In this document: piece by piece, positions 7,355-14,991 of the stretch
How the letters are laid out: the number at the start of each line of letters is the position of its first letter
Position numbering within the stretch: position 1 is the first letter of the stretch
Program-made: the position numbers and the translations under genes
Assembly: GCA_029851245.1 (NCBI GenBank)
Contig: CP099826.1
Span: 136,282 to 151,272, forward strand
Direction of reading: 5' to 3'
Origin: Candidatus Saccharimonadota bacterium
Lineage (GTDB): Bacteria; Bacteroidota; Bacteroidia; Flavobacteriales; Blattabacteriaceae
Length of the DNA: 14,991 nt
Notes under the pieces: generated by a model
The model's input: only the letters and a program-made list of their open reading frames with translations
What the model was told of the DNA's origin: nothing
The model's database searches: none

Positions 7355-9931
7355 ATGTATAATACAATAAAAAATATAATTAATTTTTATATTAAAAAAT
7401 ATAAAAATAATAAAAATAAAAAAATATTATTTATATTACCTAATAATAAATATATAAATATTATAAAAAATATTTATTTAAATAATAAAGATTATAATTT
7501 AATATATAAATTATTAATAACTAAAAAAAAATTTATAAAATTAATAACAAATTTAAAAGTAGTTAATAAATATAAATTATATAATATATTATTAAATATT
7601 ATAAATAATAATAAAAAAAATAAATTTTATAAAATTTCATATTTAAAATTATATAAATTAATTAATAAATTAATAAATATATTTAATAAAATTGATAATA
7701 ATTTATTAAATGTTAAAGATTATTTTAAAAATAAATTTATATATTATAAATTATCAAAATGGTATCCAAATATAAAAAATAAAATTAAAAATTATAATAA
7801 ATATAAATATTATTATTTAATATATAAAAAATTTATTAAAAAAATTAAAAATTATAAAATTTCATATATTGGATTAGCAAAAAGAATTTTAATTAAAAAA
7901 ATAAATAATTTTATAAAAAATAATAAAAAATATTATTTTATTTTTATAAATTATAATTTTTATTATAAATCTGATATTAAAATAATAGAAAAAATATATT
8001 TTAATAAAGTAGGAAAATTTATTTTAAATTTTGAAAAATTTTATTTTAATAAAGATAATGAATTTTATAAATTATTTAATAATTTTAATAAAAGTAAAAT
8101 TTTAAAAAAAAATATAAAATATATTAATAATAATAAAAAGAATAAAAATATTAATTTATATAAGGGATTTAATATTATTGAAAAATATTTAATTATAAAT
8201 AAAATAATAAAAAATATAAATAATAAGAATAAAATTAATATAATATTTACAAATAATAAATATTATAATTTATTATTAAATTTTATTAAAAAAAAAAAAA
8301 TAAATTTTGATTTTAAAATAAATGTTAATTTTTTAGATATTAATAAATTTTTATTATTAATAATAAAAATTATAATTAATAATAAAATATATAAAAATAA
8401 ATATTATTTTAAAAAAAAATATATTTTATATTTAATAAAAAATAATAATATAAAGTATTTAATTAAAAAAAAATATATAAAATATATTAATAATTATATT
8501 GAAAATAATATATATAATAAATATATAAAATATATATTTTTTAAAAAAAAATATATAAAAAAAATATTTTTATTTAAATTAATAAAATATAAAAATAATA
8601 TTAGTAAAATATTATTATTATTAATAAATATAATAATTAATAAAATTATAAAAAATATTAAAATTAACAATATTGATATTATATATTTATATAAAATTAA
8701 AAAATTTTTAAAAAGTTTATTTAAAAATATTAATAATAATTTAAATTTTAAATTTAATATTAAAAAATTTTATAAATTATATTTAATATATATAAAAAAT
8801 TTAAAATTAAATGTTAAAAATAATAATAATAATAATTTAAATATAAAAATATCAGATGTTAATAATATAATATATAATAATTATAAAACTTTAATATTAA
8901 TATTTGATTATAGTAATAAATATAATAAAAAAAATATAAAATATTTTATTAAATTATATAAAATATATAAAATATTACAAGAATCAAAAAATATATATAT
9001 AATTTATAGTAATAATGAAGAATATTTTATAAAAAATAGTTATTTTTTTAAAAATATTTTAAAAAATAAAAATATTAAATATTATAACTATAAAAATAAT
9101 TTTAATATTAAAATAAATAATAAATTAATAATAAAAAATATTAATTATAAAAATAATAAAAATATTAATTTTTCTTTTACAAAGATTAAAAATTATTTAA
9201 TAGATAAAATAAATTATTATTATAATATATTAAGAATAAATGATAATAATGAATATCAAAAATATGGAATAATATCACATAAAATAATATTTAATTTATA
9301 TAAAAAATATATAAATGTTGATTTAAAATATAAATATATAAAAGATATTAAAAAAAAATTTATAAAAAATATTAAAAATGAATTTTTTAAAAATTATAAA
9401 TATTTAAAATTTAATAAAAAATTATTATATATATATAATATTATAAAAAATAATATATTAAATATTATAAATTATGATGAAAAATTATTATTAGAAGGAA
9501 ATAGTATAAAAATAATAAATTTAGAAAAATATAAAAGTAAAAATATATTTAATTATAAAAATAAAAATATTTATTTAAATGGTATAATTGATAGAATAGA
9601 AAAATTTAATAATAATTATAAAATAATTGAATATAAATTTATATTTAATTTTTATACAAATTATATAAATATTAATACTTTAAATATTAATAATATTAAT
9701 AAATTATTTAATAATTATAAATATTTTAATTATTTACAAATTTTAATATATTGTTATTTAATATATAAAAAAAAATATAAATATTTATATTTTTCTATAT
9801 ATTTTCCTTATAATAATATTAAATTATTAAAAATAAATTATAAAATAATTAAAATATTTAAAAAAATATTATTTAATAAAATATTATATATATTAAAAAA
9901 TAATAATTTAAAATTGAATTTAGATTTTTAA
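7355..9931 (+). CDS. Highly diverged PD-(D/E)XK nuclease family protein, AddB/RecB-like, resembling the roughly 900-aa nuclease proteins of Bacteroidota
   Basis: 858-codon ORF made up almost entirely of K/N/I/Y/F/L. Only the C-terminal RecB-type nuclease core is recognisable: GIIDRIEK (Asp codon 9590-9592), IIEYKF (E-x-K, 9629-9637) and YLQILIYCYL (Q-x3-Y, 9737-9751). The N-terminus KKILFILPNNKYINIIKNIYL resembles the 'vfvlPskRa..fl' start I recall for this family. An ORF this long would not stay open by chance in DNA where TAA is so frequent. Confidence 0.55.
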   Translation: MYNTIKNIINFYIKKYKNNKNKKILFILPNNKYINIIKNIYLNNKDYNLIYKLLITKKKFIKLITNLKVVNKYKLYNILLNIINNNKKNKFYKISYLKLYKLINKLINIFNKIDNNLLNVKDYFKNKFIYYKLSKWYPNIKNKIKNYNKYKYYYLIYKKFIKKIKNYKISYIGLAKRILIKKINNFIKNNKKYYFIFINYNFYYKSDIKIIEKIYFNKVGKFILNFEKFYFNKDNEFYKLFNNFNKSKILKKNIKYINNNKKNKNINLYKGFNIIEKYLIINKIIKNINNKNKINIIFTNNKYYNLLLNFIKKKKINFDFKINVNFLDINKFLLLIIKIIINNKIYKNKYYFKKKYILYLIKNNNIKYLIKKKYIKYINNYIENNIYNKYIKYIFFKKKYIKKIFLFKLIKYKNNISKILLLLINIIINKIIKNIKINNIDIIYLYKIKKFLKSLFKNINNNLNFKFNIKKFYKLYLIYIKNLKLNVKNNNNNNLNIKISDVNNIIYNNYKTLILIFDYSNKYNKKNIKYFIKLYKIYKILQESKNIYIIYSNNEEYFIKNSYFFKNILKNKNIKYYNYKNNFNIKINNKLIIKNINYKNNKNINFSFTKIKNYLIDKINYYYNILRINDNNEYQKYGIISHKIIFNLYKKYINVDLKYKYIKDIKKKFIKNIKNEFFKNYKYLKFNKKLLYIYNIIKNNILNIINYDEKLLLEGNSIKIINLEKYKSKNIFNYKNKNIYLNGIIDRIEKFNNNYKIIEYKFIFNFYTNYININTLNINNINKLFNNYKYFNYLQILIYCYLIYKKKYKYLYFSIYFPYNNIKLLKINYKIIKIFKKILFNKILYILKNNNLKLNLDF

Positions 9932-10903
9932 TCCTAATTTATTTTTAATATTGTAAATTTTTTTTTTTGAAATATATTTAATTTTTTTATAATTTATATA
10001 TAATATTTTTTTTATAATATTAATATTATTAATATAATAATTAAATTTTTTTCTTTCTTTACTATAAAATTTTAATATATAATTATATAATTTTTTTTTA
10101 ATATTATAATACCCTATTTTATTATTTTTAATTTTTTCTTTTAAATAAATTATTTCTTCTTTATTTGTAATAATTTTATATAATTTATATAAAATAGTAC
10201 TTTTAAAATTATTATATGATATAAATTTATTATTAGTTTTAATATTCATAATTTGATTTTCTAATATAGTTTTATTTTCAAAAATATTAATAATATTATT
10301 ATTAGATTTACTCATTTTATTACCATCAATACCAGGAATAATTTTATTATATATTATTTTATAATTGGGTAATTTAAATAAATTACTATTAATTTTAGAA
10401 TTAATAATTTTAGCAATTTTTCTTGTAAATTCTATATGTTGTATTTGATCTTTACCAATAATTACATAATTAATATCATATAATAATATATCAGATGCCA
10501 TTAATATAGGATAATTAATTATACCAGTATTAATATTATTATTTTTATTATTTTTAAAAACATGTGATAATTTTAATCTATTAAAAGGGAAAAAACAATT
10601 TAAATACCAAAATAATTCTGTAATTTCTTTAATATCAGATTGTCTATAAAAATAAATATTATTTTTTTTAAAATTAAAATTTAAAAAAGATAACCATACA
10701 GAAATAGTATTATATATATTATTAATTAATATATTTTTATTATTATAATTGGTTATAGAATGTAAATCTGCAATTAATATAAAAAATTTTTTTTTTTTAT
10801 ATTTATTAATATATAAAATTGTAGGGTTAATAACACTTAATATATTAGCTATATGTGGAGTACCAGTAGTTTTTATACCAGTCATATAATTATTAAATTT
10901 CAT
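9920..10903 (-). CDS. trpS: Tryptophan--tRNA ligase
   Basis: 327 aa. It has a class I HIGH-type motif (TGIKTTGTPHIANILS) and a KMSKS motif (DGNKMSKSNNN). Length and layout are typical of bacterial TrpRS. An alternative start at the second Met (cat 10883-10885) is possible. Confidence 0.9.
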   Translation of the reverse strand: MKFNNYMTGIKTTGTPHIANILSVINPTILYINKYKKKKFFILIADLHSITNYNNKNILINNIYNTISVWLSFLNFNFKKNNIYFYRQSDIKEITELFWYLNCFFPFNRLKLSHVFKNNKNNNINTGIINYPILMASDILLYDINYVIIGKDQIQHIEFTRKIAKIINSKINSNLFKLPNYKIIYNKIIPGIDGNKMSKSNNNIINIFENKTILENQIMNIKTNNKFISYNNFKSTILYKLYKIITNKEEIIYLKEKIKNNKIGYYNIKKKLYNYILKFYSKERKKFNYYINNINIIKKILYINYKKIKYISKKKIYNIKNKLGLKI

Positions 10904-10927
10904 AAAATATTAAAATTTTATATATAA

Positions 10928-11179
10928 TTATGTAGGAATTACATAAACATAAGTTTTTTTATTTATTTTTTTATATTTTATAATACCATCTATTTTAGAA
11001 TGTATTGTAAAATCTTTACTTAAATATGTATTAATACCTGAATAATATTTATTACCTCTTTGTTTAATAATAATATTTCCAGGTTTTGTAATAGCTCCAC
11101 TAAATAATTTTACTCCTAATCTTTTACCGATAGAATCTCTACCATTTTTAGTACTACCTACACCTTTTTTATGTGCCAT
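10928..11179 (-). CDS. rpmA: 50S ribosomal protein L27
   Basis: 83 aa. MAHKKGVGSTKNGRDSIGKRLGVK...IIKQRGNKYYSG is the canonical L27 N-terminus. Confidence 0.96.
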   Translation of the reverse strand: MAHKKGVGSTKNGRDSIGKRLGVKLFSGAITKPGNIIIKQRGNKYYSGINTYLSKDFTIHSKIDGIIKYKKINKKTYVYVIPT

Positions 11180-11507
11180 ATTTTTTAATTTTAATAATTT
11201 TTAATTTAGTTAAATATTGTCTATGTCCTTTTTTAATTTTATAACCTTTTCTTCTTTTTTTTTTAAAAATAATTATTTTATTATCTTTAATATTATTAAT
11301 AATAATTGCTTTAATTATAAAATTTTTAATTTTTGGATTTCCAATATATATTTTATTATTAATATCTTTAACTAATAAAATATTTTTTTTAAAATATATA
11401 ATATCATTAATATTATATTTTTTTAATTTATTTATATAAATAAATTTTTTAGGAAAAATTAAATATTGATGATTACCGAATTTTATTATTGCTTCTTTAT
11501 AAAACAT
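11169..11507 (-). CDS. rplU: 50S ribosomal protein L21
   Basis: 112 aa. The sequence contains ...GNHQYLI...IIIFKKKRRKGYKIKKGHRQYLTKLKI, the L21 KRRK..GHRQ signature. It lies immediately upstream of rpmA (the conserved rplU-rpmA pair) and overlaps it by 11 nt. Confidence 0.92.
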   Translation of the reverse strand: MFYKEAIIKFGNHQYLIFPKKFIYINKLKKYNINDIIYFKKNILLVKDINNKIYIGNPKIKNFIIKAIIINNIKDNKIIIFKKKRRKGYKIKKGHRQYLTKLKIIKIKKYGT

Positions 11508-11545
11508 TATAATAATTATTAATTATATTATTTATTATATTATAA

Positions 11546-12994
11546 TTATATAATATTATTTTTGAAAAATGATGTAATATTAAATTTTTTTTTAAAAAAT
11601 TTATTTAAATTATTAATATTATATATAACTTGTTTCATATTATCTCTAAATCTTATTGTTACAGTATTATTAATAATAGAATTTTTATCAATTGTAATAC
11701 AAAAAGGAGTACCTATAGAATCTTGTATTTTATATCTTTTACCGATTGAATTATTATCATTATAAATAGTAGTAAATTTATATTTTAAATTATTATAAAT
11801 TTTTTTTGAAATTTTAATAATTTTTTTTTTCTTAATTATTGGTAATATTGCTATTTTTATAGGTGATATAAAATATGGTAATTTTAAATAAATTCTTTTT
11901 TTATTATTAATATTTTGTATTTTTAATGAAGATATTAATATAGAAAAAAATAATCTATCTAATCCTAATGAAGTTTCAATTATATATGGTATATATTTTT
12001 TATTTGTTTTATTATTAAATAAATATAAATTTTTTTTAGAATATTTAATATGATTTTTAATATCATAATTTTTTCTAAAATGTATACCTTCTAATTCTTT
12101 AAATTTATTAAAAAATTTAAAATTAATATCTATTGCAAATTTTGAATAATGTGATAATTTTTTATGTTTTTTTAAACTATATTTATTTTTACCTAAATTA
12201 AAATAATAATGCCAATTTAATCTAGATTTTATCCAATATTTATACCATTTTTTTTCTTCTCCAGGTAATATAAAATATTGCATTTCCATTTGTTCAAATT
12301 CTTTAGTTCTAAATATAAATTGTTTAGAAATTATTTCATTTCTAAAAGATTTCCCTATTTGTGCAATACCAAAAGGAATTTTTAATCTATTAGAATTAAT
12401 TACATTTTTAATATTAATATATATACCTTGTGCAGTTTCAGGCCTTAAATATAAATACTTATTGTAATTATTAATATTATTTATATAAGTTTTAAACATT
12501 AAATTAGTTTTTTTAATATTTTTCCAATAATAATATTTTAACAAATTATTATTATTAATAATTTTTTTTAATAATTTATTAAGTTTATAAATATTATTAT
12601 TTTTATAATATTTATTAAATAAATTAATAATATATTTTTTTTTAATTTTATTATTAATTTTTAATAAAATTTTTTTAAATAAATCTTCTATAATATATAT
12701 TTTATTATTTTTTTTATTTATAATATAATATTCATTAAAATATTTAGTATGACCTGATGCTTTTAATACTATATTATTAGTAAATATTGAAGTTTCAATA
12801 CCTACAATATTATTTCTATATTTTACCATATAATTCCACCAAAATTTTTTAATATTATTTTTCATTTCTATTCCTTGTGGACCATAATCATATATAGATT
12901 TTATACCATTATATATTTCACAAGATTTATATATAAAACCATATATTTTAGCATGATTAATAATAATATTTAATTTTTCATTATATTTTATCAT
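11546..12994 (-). CDS. glyQS: Glycine--tRNA ligase, single-chain (alpha2 dimer) GlyQS type
   Basis: True start is MIKYNEKLNIIINHAKIYGFIYKSCEIYNGIKSIYDYGPQGIEMKNNIKKFWW (ATG = 'cat' 12992-12994). Class II motif 2 is FRNEIISKQFIFRTKEFEQMEMQYF and motif 3 is ETSLGLDRL. The 26 extra N-terminal codons in the ORF track (MVEQRTENPCVPGSIPGDT...) are a read-through of the tRNA-Phe gene. Confidence 0.92.
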   Translation of the reverse strand: MIKYNEKLNIIINHAKIYGFIYKSCEIYNGIKSIYDYGPQGIEMKNNIKKFWWNYMVKYRNNIVGIETSIFTNNIVLKASGHTKYFNEYYIINKKNNKIYIIEDLFKKILLKINNKIKKKYIINLFNKYYKNNNIYKLNKLLKKIINNNNLLKYYYWKNIKKTNLMFKTYINNINNYNKYLYLRPETAQGIYINIKNVINSNRLKIPFGIAQIGKSFRNEIISKQFIFRTKEFEQMEMQYFILPGEEKKWYKYWIKSRLNWHYYFNLGKNKYSLKKHKKLSHYSKFAIDINFKFFNKFKELEGIHFRKNYDIKNHIKYSKKNLYLFNNKTNKKYIPYIIETSLGLDRLFFSILISSLKIQNINNKKRIYLKLPYFISPIKIAILPIIKKKKIIKISKKIYNNLKYKFTTIYNDNNSIGKRYKIQDSIGTPFCITIDKNSIINNTVTIRFRDNMKQVIYNINNLNKFFKKKFNITSFFKNNII

Positions 12995-13014
12995 AAAATT
13001 TATAATTATATAAA

Positions 13015-13087
<73 letters not shown>

Positions 13088-13097
13088 AATAATATAT

Positions 13098-13766
13098 TTA
13101 TATACTTAAATATTTGAATTTTTTAATATAAATATTATTAATATTATATTTTTTTTTTATAATTAAATTAAATTTTTTAATATTTTTTTTATTATATTTT
13201 ATATTATTAATAATAATATATATAGATAATTTTTTAGTAATAATTTTTAATTTTTTATTATTATAATTTTTTTTAATTTTAAAACATATTATTAAAGAAT
13301 GTTTATAATTATGATGATTATAATTATGAATATAATAATTTTTAAATTTATAAAAATTTGAAATTTTAATTTGTTCTTTTAAAATAATATTAGTTTTTAA
13401 TATTTTATTAATAATGATTTTATTATTTATTAAATCATTTAAATTATTAATATTATTATTTAATAAAGTAATTTTAATAATTTTTTTAATAAATTTTTTA
13501 AAAATAATATTTTTAATTATAAAATCTGATAAAAAATTAATTTTTAAAATTATACCTATATTATTATTTTTATTTTTTTTAGATATTGTTATACCATTAT
13601 TAATATTATTATTAATTACAATATTATAATTAAATTTTTTATAAAAATATTTAATAGAATTTTTAATATTCCATTTATTTTTCATTAAAATATTTTTACA
13701 ATATATTATACTTAATTTAGTAATTTTTCTAAAATTAATTATTTTTTTAATTTTTTTTATATTCAT
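13098..13766 (-). CDS. tsf: Translation elongation factor Ts (shortened, 222 aa)
   Basis: The N-terminus IKKIKKIINFRKITKLSIIYCKNILMKNKWNIKNSIKYFYKK fits the EF-Ts UBA-like domain (LR..TG....dCKkAL.e..gD...Ai..LRkkG). It sits directly downstream of rpsB, the conserved rpsB-tsf pair, with a 20-nt overlap. The rest is too diverged to judge by eye, and it is shorter than typical EF-Ts. Confidence 0.78.
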   Translation of the reverse strand: MNIKKIKKIINFRKITKLSIIYCKNILMKNKWNIKNSIKYFYKKFNYNIVINNNINNGITISKKNKNNNIGIILKINFLSDFIIKNIIFKKFIKKIIKITLLNNNINNLNDLINNKIIINKILKTNIILKEQIKISNFYKFKNYYIHNYNHHNYKHSLIICFKIKKNYNNKKLKIITKKLSIYIIINNIKYNKKNIKKFNLIIKKKYNINNIYIKKFKYLSI

Positions 13767-14478
13767 TATATTTTAATAATTTTTTTTCTCTTTTTTTAAA
13801 CCCTTTAATTATTGATAAAGTTAATCTTTTTAATATAAATTTTACAGATTTATAAGAATCATCATTAGCAATAATAGGATAATCAATATTATTAGTAGAA
13901 CAATTAGTATCTATAATACCAATTATATATATGTATGATTTAATAGCTTCTTTTAATGCTATAAATTCTTTTTTAATATCTACTATTATAATAAATAAAG
14001 GTAATTTATTTAAATTTATAATAGAACCAAATTTTTTATTAATTTTTTTATATTTTCTATTTAATAATAGTTTTTCTTTTTTAGATAAATAATTATATAT
14101 TGTATTTTTTTTAGTTTTAATATTTTTTTTTTTATTAATAGAAAATTTAGTTATTTTAATATTACTTAATAAACCTGCTGGCCATTTATTATTAATATAA
14201 GGCATATTAACTATTTTTGCATATTTTTTTATTAAATAACTAATTTGTTTTTTAGTACCTAAAAATAATATTTTACCTCCTATATATGCACATTTTTGTA
14301 ATATTTTTTCTGCATTATTTTGTAAATTTATATATTTAATAGGATTAATAATATCTATATTATTTTTTTTAAATAAAATATATTTAGTAATATTATAATT
14401 TCTTTCTGAAGTATTATGTCCTAATAAAATTTTATTTTTATAAATAATTTTTAATAATTTTTTATTAATTTTTAACAT
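13747..14478 (-). CDS. rpsB: 30S ribosomal protein S2
   Basis: 243 aa. LLGHNTSERNYNITKYILFKKNNIDIINPIK...GGKILFLGTKKQ...NMPYINNKWPAGLLSN matches the S2 pattern (GvHFGH...WNPkM..yIf....IhIIdL.kT...G.kiLFVGTKkqa...pYVn.RWlGGmLTN). Confidence 0.94.
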   Translation of the reverse strand: MLKINKKLLKIIYKNKILLGHNTSERNYNITKYILFKKNNIDIINPIKYINLQNNAEKILQKCAYIGGKILFLGTKKQISYLIKKYAKIVNMPYINNKWPAGLLSNIKITKFSINKKKNIKTKKNTIYNYLSKKEKLLLNRKYKKINKKFGSIINLNKLPLFIIIVDIKKEFIALKEAIKSYIYIIGIIDTNCSTNNIDYPIIANDDSYKSVKFILKRLTLSIIKGFKKREKKLLKYNEYKKN

Positions 14479-14508
14479 TTTTTTTAAATAATTAAATAAT
14501 AATTAATT

Positions 14509-14991
14509 TTAACGTTTAGAAAATTGAAATTTTTTTCTAGCTTTTTTTCTACCATATTTTTTCCTTTCAACAATTCTAGAATCTCTAGTTAATAAATAAT
14601 ATTTTTTTAATATTTTTTTATATTTATTATCAATTAAATAAAGAATTTTTGAAATTCCTAATGAAATAGCTTCTGATTGTCCAGTATATCCACCACCTTT
14701 AATATTAATATTAATATGAAATTTATTAATATTTTTAGTAATTATTAAAGGAAATAATATTTTATAAATAATAATATTATTATTTTTAAAATATATATTA
14801 TATTTTAATTTATTTATTTTTATAAAATATTTTTTATTTTTATTTTTTTTATATAAATATATTGAAGCAATAGAAGTTTTTCTTTTTCCTATTGAATGAT
14901 AATATTTAATAATTTTTTTTTTTATAATTTTATTTTTTATAATTTTATTTTTTATAATTTTATTTTTTATAATTTTATTTTTTATAATTTT
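14509..14991 (-). CDS. rpsI: 30S ribosomal protein S9. No ATG occurs within the window; the frame stays open through a tandem repeat to the window end.
   Basis: Not in the ORF track. Manual minus-strand translation gives ...(KNKII)n KKKIIKYYHSIGKRKTSIASIYLYKKNK...INIKGGGYTGQSEAISLGISKIL...LTRDSRIVERKKYGRKKARKKFQFSKR*. The GxRKtsxA, GGGxxGQ and C-terminal ...KKaRKxxQFSKR motifs are diagnostic of S9. The stop codon is TAA at 14509-14511. Confidence 0.9.
   Translation of the reverse strand, partial: KIIKNKIIKNKIIKNKIIKNKIIKKKIIKYYHSIGKRKTSIASIYLYKKNKNKKYFIKINKLKYNIYFKNNNIIIYKILFPLIITKNINKFHININIKGGGYTGQSEAISLGISKILYLIDNKYKKILKKYYLLTRDSRIVERKKYGRKKARKKFQFSKR
14918..14991. repeat. Perfect 15-bp tandem repeat (ttttttataatttta), about 4.9 copies, running into the window end
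   Basis: Read directly. Units are at 14918-14932, 14933-14947, 14948-14962 and 14963-14977, with a partial unit at 14978-14991, and there are no mismatches. The period equals 5 codons. On the minus strand only the rpsI frame is open across it (KNKII repeated); the other two frames hit TAA in every unit. Confidence 0.93.

Noticed and set aside
7355-9931. Treating the 858-aa ORF as non-coding junk or a low-complexity artefact
   Set aside because: A stop-free frame of 858 codons is implausible by chance at this base composition, and an ordered D / E-x-K / Q-x3-Y nuclease core is present. I kept it as a CDS with moderate confidence.
11562-11765. 67-aa plus-strand ORF from the ORF track
   Set aside because: It lies entirely antisense within the well-supported glyQS gene. 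It is hydrophobic and low-complexity (the poly-Lys/Asn codons of the real gene read backwards as Phe/Leu/Ile) and shows no motif. I treat it as a shadow ORF.
13414-13629. 71-aa plus-strand ORF from the ORF track
   Set aside because: It is antisense within tsf and has the same shadow-ORF composition (I/L/F-rich). Nothing independent supports it.
14918-14991. Possible CRISPR array or mobile-element terminal repeat
   Set aside because: The units are directly adjacent with no spacers, are only 15 bp long, and are pure A/T. No cas, transposase or integrase genes lie anywhere in the window. It is a simple tandem repeat.

Overview
This window looks like core housekeeping DNA from an extremely A+T-rich, highly reduced bacterial genome, most likely an insect endosymbiont. 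By eye, G/C is rare outside the tRNA genes and a few conserved catalytic motifs. The genetic code appears standard: Trp is TGG and every stop I checked is TAA. Genes are tightly packed with spacers of 0-80 bp, several overlap, and no Shine-Dalgarno-like motifs are visible. Gene order is rnz (-, partial) | mutS, tRNA-Gly(GCC), tRNA-Leu(UAA), a DEDDh-exonuclease::dnaE fusion, and a very degenerate 858-aa PD-(D/E)XK (AddB/RecB-like) nuclease ORF (all +) | trpS, rpmA, rplU, glyQS, tRNA-Phe(GAA), tsf, rpsB, rpsI (all -). Three features point to a Bacteroidota/Flavobacteriales-type lineage: the single-chain GlyRS, the rpsI-rpsB-tsf linkage and the exonuclease-DnaE fusion. That is an inference and has not been checked by any search. 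I found no mobile elements, CRISPR arrays, defence or toxin systems, or non-tRNA ncRNAs, so I do not claim a novel multi-gene system. The points worth a second look are local. (1) The proofreading exonuclease domain fused to DnaE has intact motifs and an open frame, but its only ATG is put out of frame by a T11 run. (2) An A19 run lies inside mutS. (3) The mutS stop codon lies inside tRNA-Gly. (4) A long, almost unrecognisable nuclease ORF has clearly been kept open. (5) A perfect 15-bp tandem repeat sits in frame with the 5' end of rpsI at the window edge.
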